Shown here in pieces: positions 14,897 to 16,289 of a DNA stretch of 16,289 nt (positions are counted from its first letter, which is position 1; the number at the start of each line of letters is the position of its first letter). The stretch is taken from contig CAXGWI010000078.1 in the NCBI GenBank assembly GCA_964013405.1, positions 1-16,289 on the forward strand, read 5' to 3'. The position numbers and the translations under genes are program-made. The notes beneath the pieces are model-generated. The model had not been told where the DNA came from. It saw only the letters and a program-made list of their open reading frames with translations, and did no database searches. The stretch comes from an uncultured Myxococcales bacterium. Lineage in GTDB: Bacteria > Myxococcota > UBA4151.

Positions 14897-16288
14897 CTAG
14901 CGCCGCTTTTTCTTACGGGACTTCTTGGCAGCCTTGCGCTTGGCCTTCGCCTTGGCTTTTGCTTTCGCACTGGGGCTCGTGCTGGGTCCAGCCATCATGC
15001 TGCCCATGCCCGGCGGCGTGAAGCCACGGGGCATCCCCGGCGGCAACCGGCCCCGTTGGGCGCCGCCCTGGTCGGGCAGTCCCATCATCTCCCCAAACAT
15101 CTTGTTCGGGTCGAGCCCCTTCATCTTCTGCATCTGGGCCATTTGCTTGAAGCCCGGCAGATTCCCCAGCAGACCCGGGTTGGTCCCGAGGACTTGCATC
15201 ATCTGCTTCATCATCTCGAAGCGCTGGACGAGGTCACCCACCTCACCCTCGCTGCGACCCGAACCCCGGGCGATCCGCCGCTTGCGACTGGCGTTGATCA
15301 ACGCCGGATCTTTACGTTCAGCCAAGGTCATCGACTGAATCATGCTCTTCATCTTGTGAAGAACCTGCTCATCGAACTGCCCGCTTTGGGCCATCTCGCC
15401 CATGCCGGGCATTCGGTCGAGCACCCCGGACAAGGGACCCATCTGACCGATGAGTTCGATTTGCTTGAGGAAATCATCGAAGCCGAACTGACCTTGGAGA
15501 AGCCGCTGGGCATCTTCCTCAGCCTCTTCCACATCCACCAGATCTTCGAACTCTTGCATGAGGCCGACAATGTCGCCCATGCCCAGAATCCGTTGGGCCA
15601 AGCCCTCGGGGCGGAAGGTCTCCAGCTGGTCGGCAGTCTCGCCCATGCCGAGGAATTTGATCGGCTTGCCAGTGACCTCTTTGATCGAGATCGCCGCGCC
15701 ACCACGGGCATCACCGTCCAGCTTGGTCAGGCAAAATCCGGTGATTTCCAGCCGCCGGTTGAACTCGGCAGCCGTCCGGACGGCGTCCTGACCGATCATC
15801 GCATCGACGACGAGGAGGATATTATTGGGTTCGCACGCGGCCTTGATGCTCTCCAACTCACCCATGAGTTGTTCATCGATCGCCAAACGGCCCGCCGTAT
15901 CGTAGATCACCAGATCCCGGCCCTTTTTGCGGGCGAACTCTAGGCCCTGACGGCACTGCTCCAGCGCCGTCGCCCCAGGCTCGTGAAAGACGGGAACCCC
16001 AACTTGCTGCCCCACCGTCTTCAACTGCTCAACAGCCGCTGGGCGATAGACGTCGGCGGCCACCAAGAGCGGCTTTCTGCCGGCTTTTTTGTATTTGTTG
16101 GCCAGCTTGGCACAGGTCGTGGTCTTACCCGAGCCCTGAAGACCCACCATCATGATCGAGCCTTGCTGCTTGGGCAAATCCAGGTCGGTCTCTGCCGGCC
16201 CCATCAGGGCTTCGAGTTCCTTTAAGCAAATGTAGGTGAAGTGGTCCCCAGGTCGCACCCGCTTTGACTTGGAGCGCGTCTCAAGTTT
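14897..16288 (-). CDS. ffh: Signal recognition particle protein Ffh (SRP54), N-terminus beyond the window
   Basis: SRP GTPase motifs GLQGSGKTTT, DVYRPAA, DTAGR, TKLDGDARGGAA and RILGMGD, plus M-domain SMT..ER and SRKRRIARGSG. The frame is open to the window edge (KLETRSKSKRVRPGDHF), so GTG 16258 is internal. Confidence 0.98.
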   Translation of the reverse strand, partial: KLETRSKSKRVRPGDHFTYICLKELEALMGPAETDLDLPKQQGSIMMVGLQGSGKTTTCAKLANKYKKAGRKPLLVAADVYRPAAVEQLKTVGQQVGVPVFHEPGATALEQCRQGLEFARKKGRDLVIYDTAGRLAIDEQLMGELESIKAACEPNNILLVVDAMIGQDAVRTAAEFNRRLEITGFCLTKLDGDARGGAAISIKEVTGKPIKFLGMGETADQLETFRPEGLAQRILGMGDIVGLMQEFEDLVDVEEAEEDAQRLLQGQFGFDDFLKQIELIGQMGPLSGVLDRMPGMGEMAQSGQFDEQVLHKMKSMIQSMTLAERKDPALINASRKRRIARGSGRSEGEVGDLVQRFEMMKQMMQVLGTNPGLLGNLPGFKQMAQMQKMKGLDPNKMFGEMMGLPDQGGAQRGRLPPGMPRGFTPPGMGSMMAGPSTSPSAKAKAKAKAKRKAAKKSRKKKRR

Positions 16289-16289
16289 G

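Overview
GC-rich (roughly 60-65% by eye) bacterial chromosomal segment, most likely from a myxobacterium-like organism (Myxococcota). This is inferred from the Cys-rich CGDG/CDDGN repeat protein, a probable AgmX/PglI-C-like domain and the many orphan lipoproteins. I support 12 CDS. In order: a 5'-truncated myxobacterial Cys-rich repeat surface protein with an unrecognised C-terminal domain; a lipoprotein just downstream of it; two minus-strand orphan lipoproteins; a probable operon of an AGCS amino-acid symporter, a saccharopine-dehydrogenase-like oxidoreductase and a lipoprotein; a 7TM class III adenylate cyclase; htpG; a Cys-rich lipoprotein; a HlyIII/PAQR membrane protein; and ffh, whose start lies beyond the right edge. 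I found no RNA genes, CRISPR arrays, transposases, integrases or reverse transcriptases. No clearly novel multi-gene system is demonstrable from sequence alone. The best leads are the unknown tip domain of the Cys-repeat protein with its adjacent lipoprotein, the 7TM-cyclase fusion, the helical-repeat/OB-fold-like lipoprotein and a palindrome-rich divergent intergenic region at about 5870-6005.
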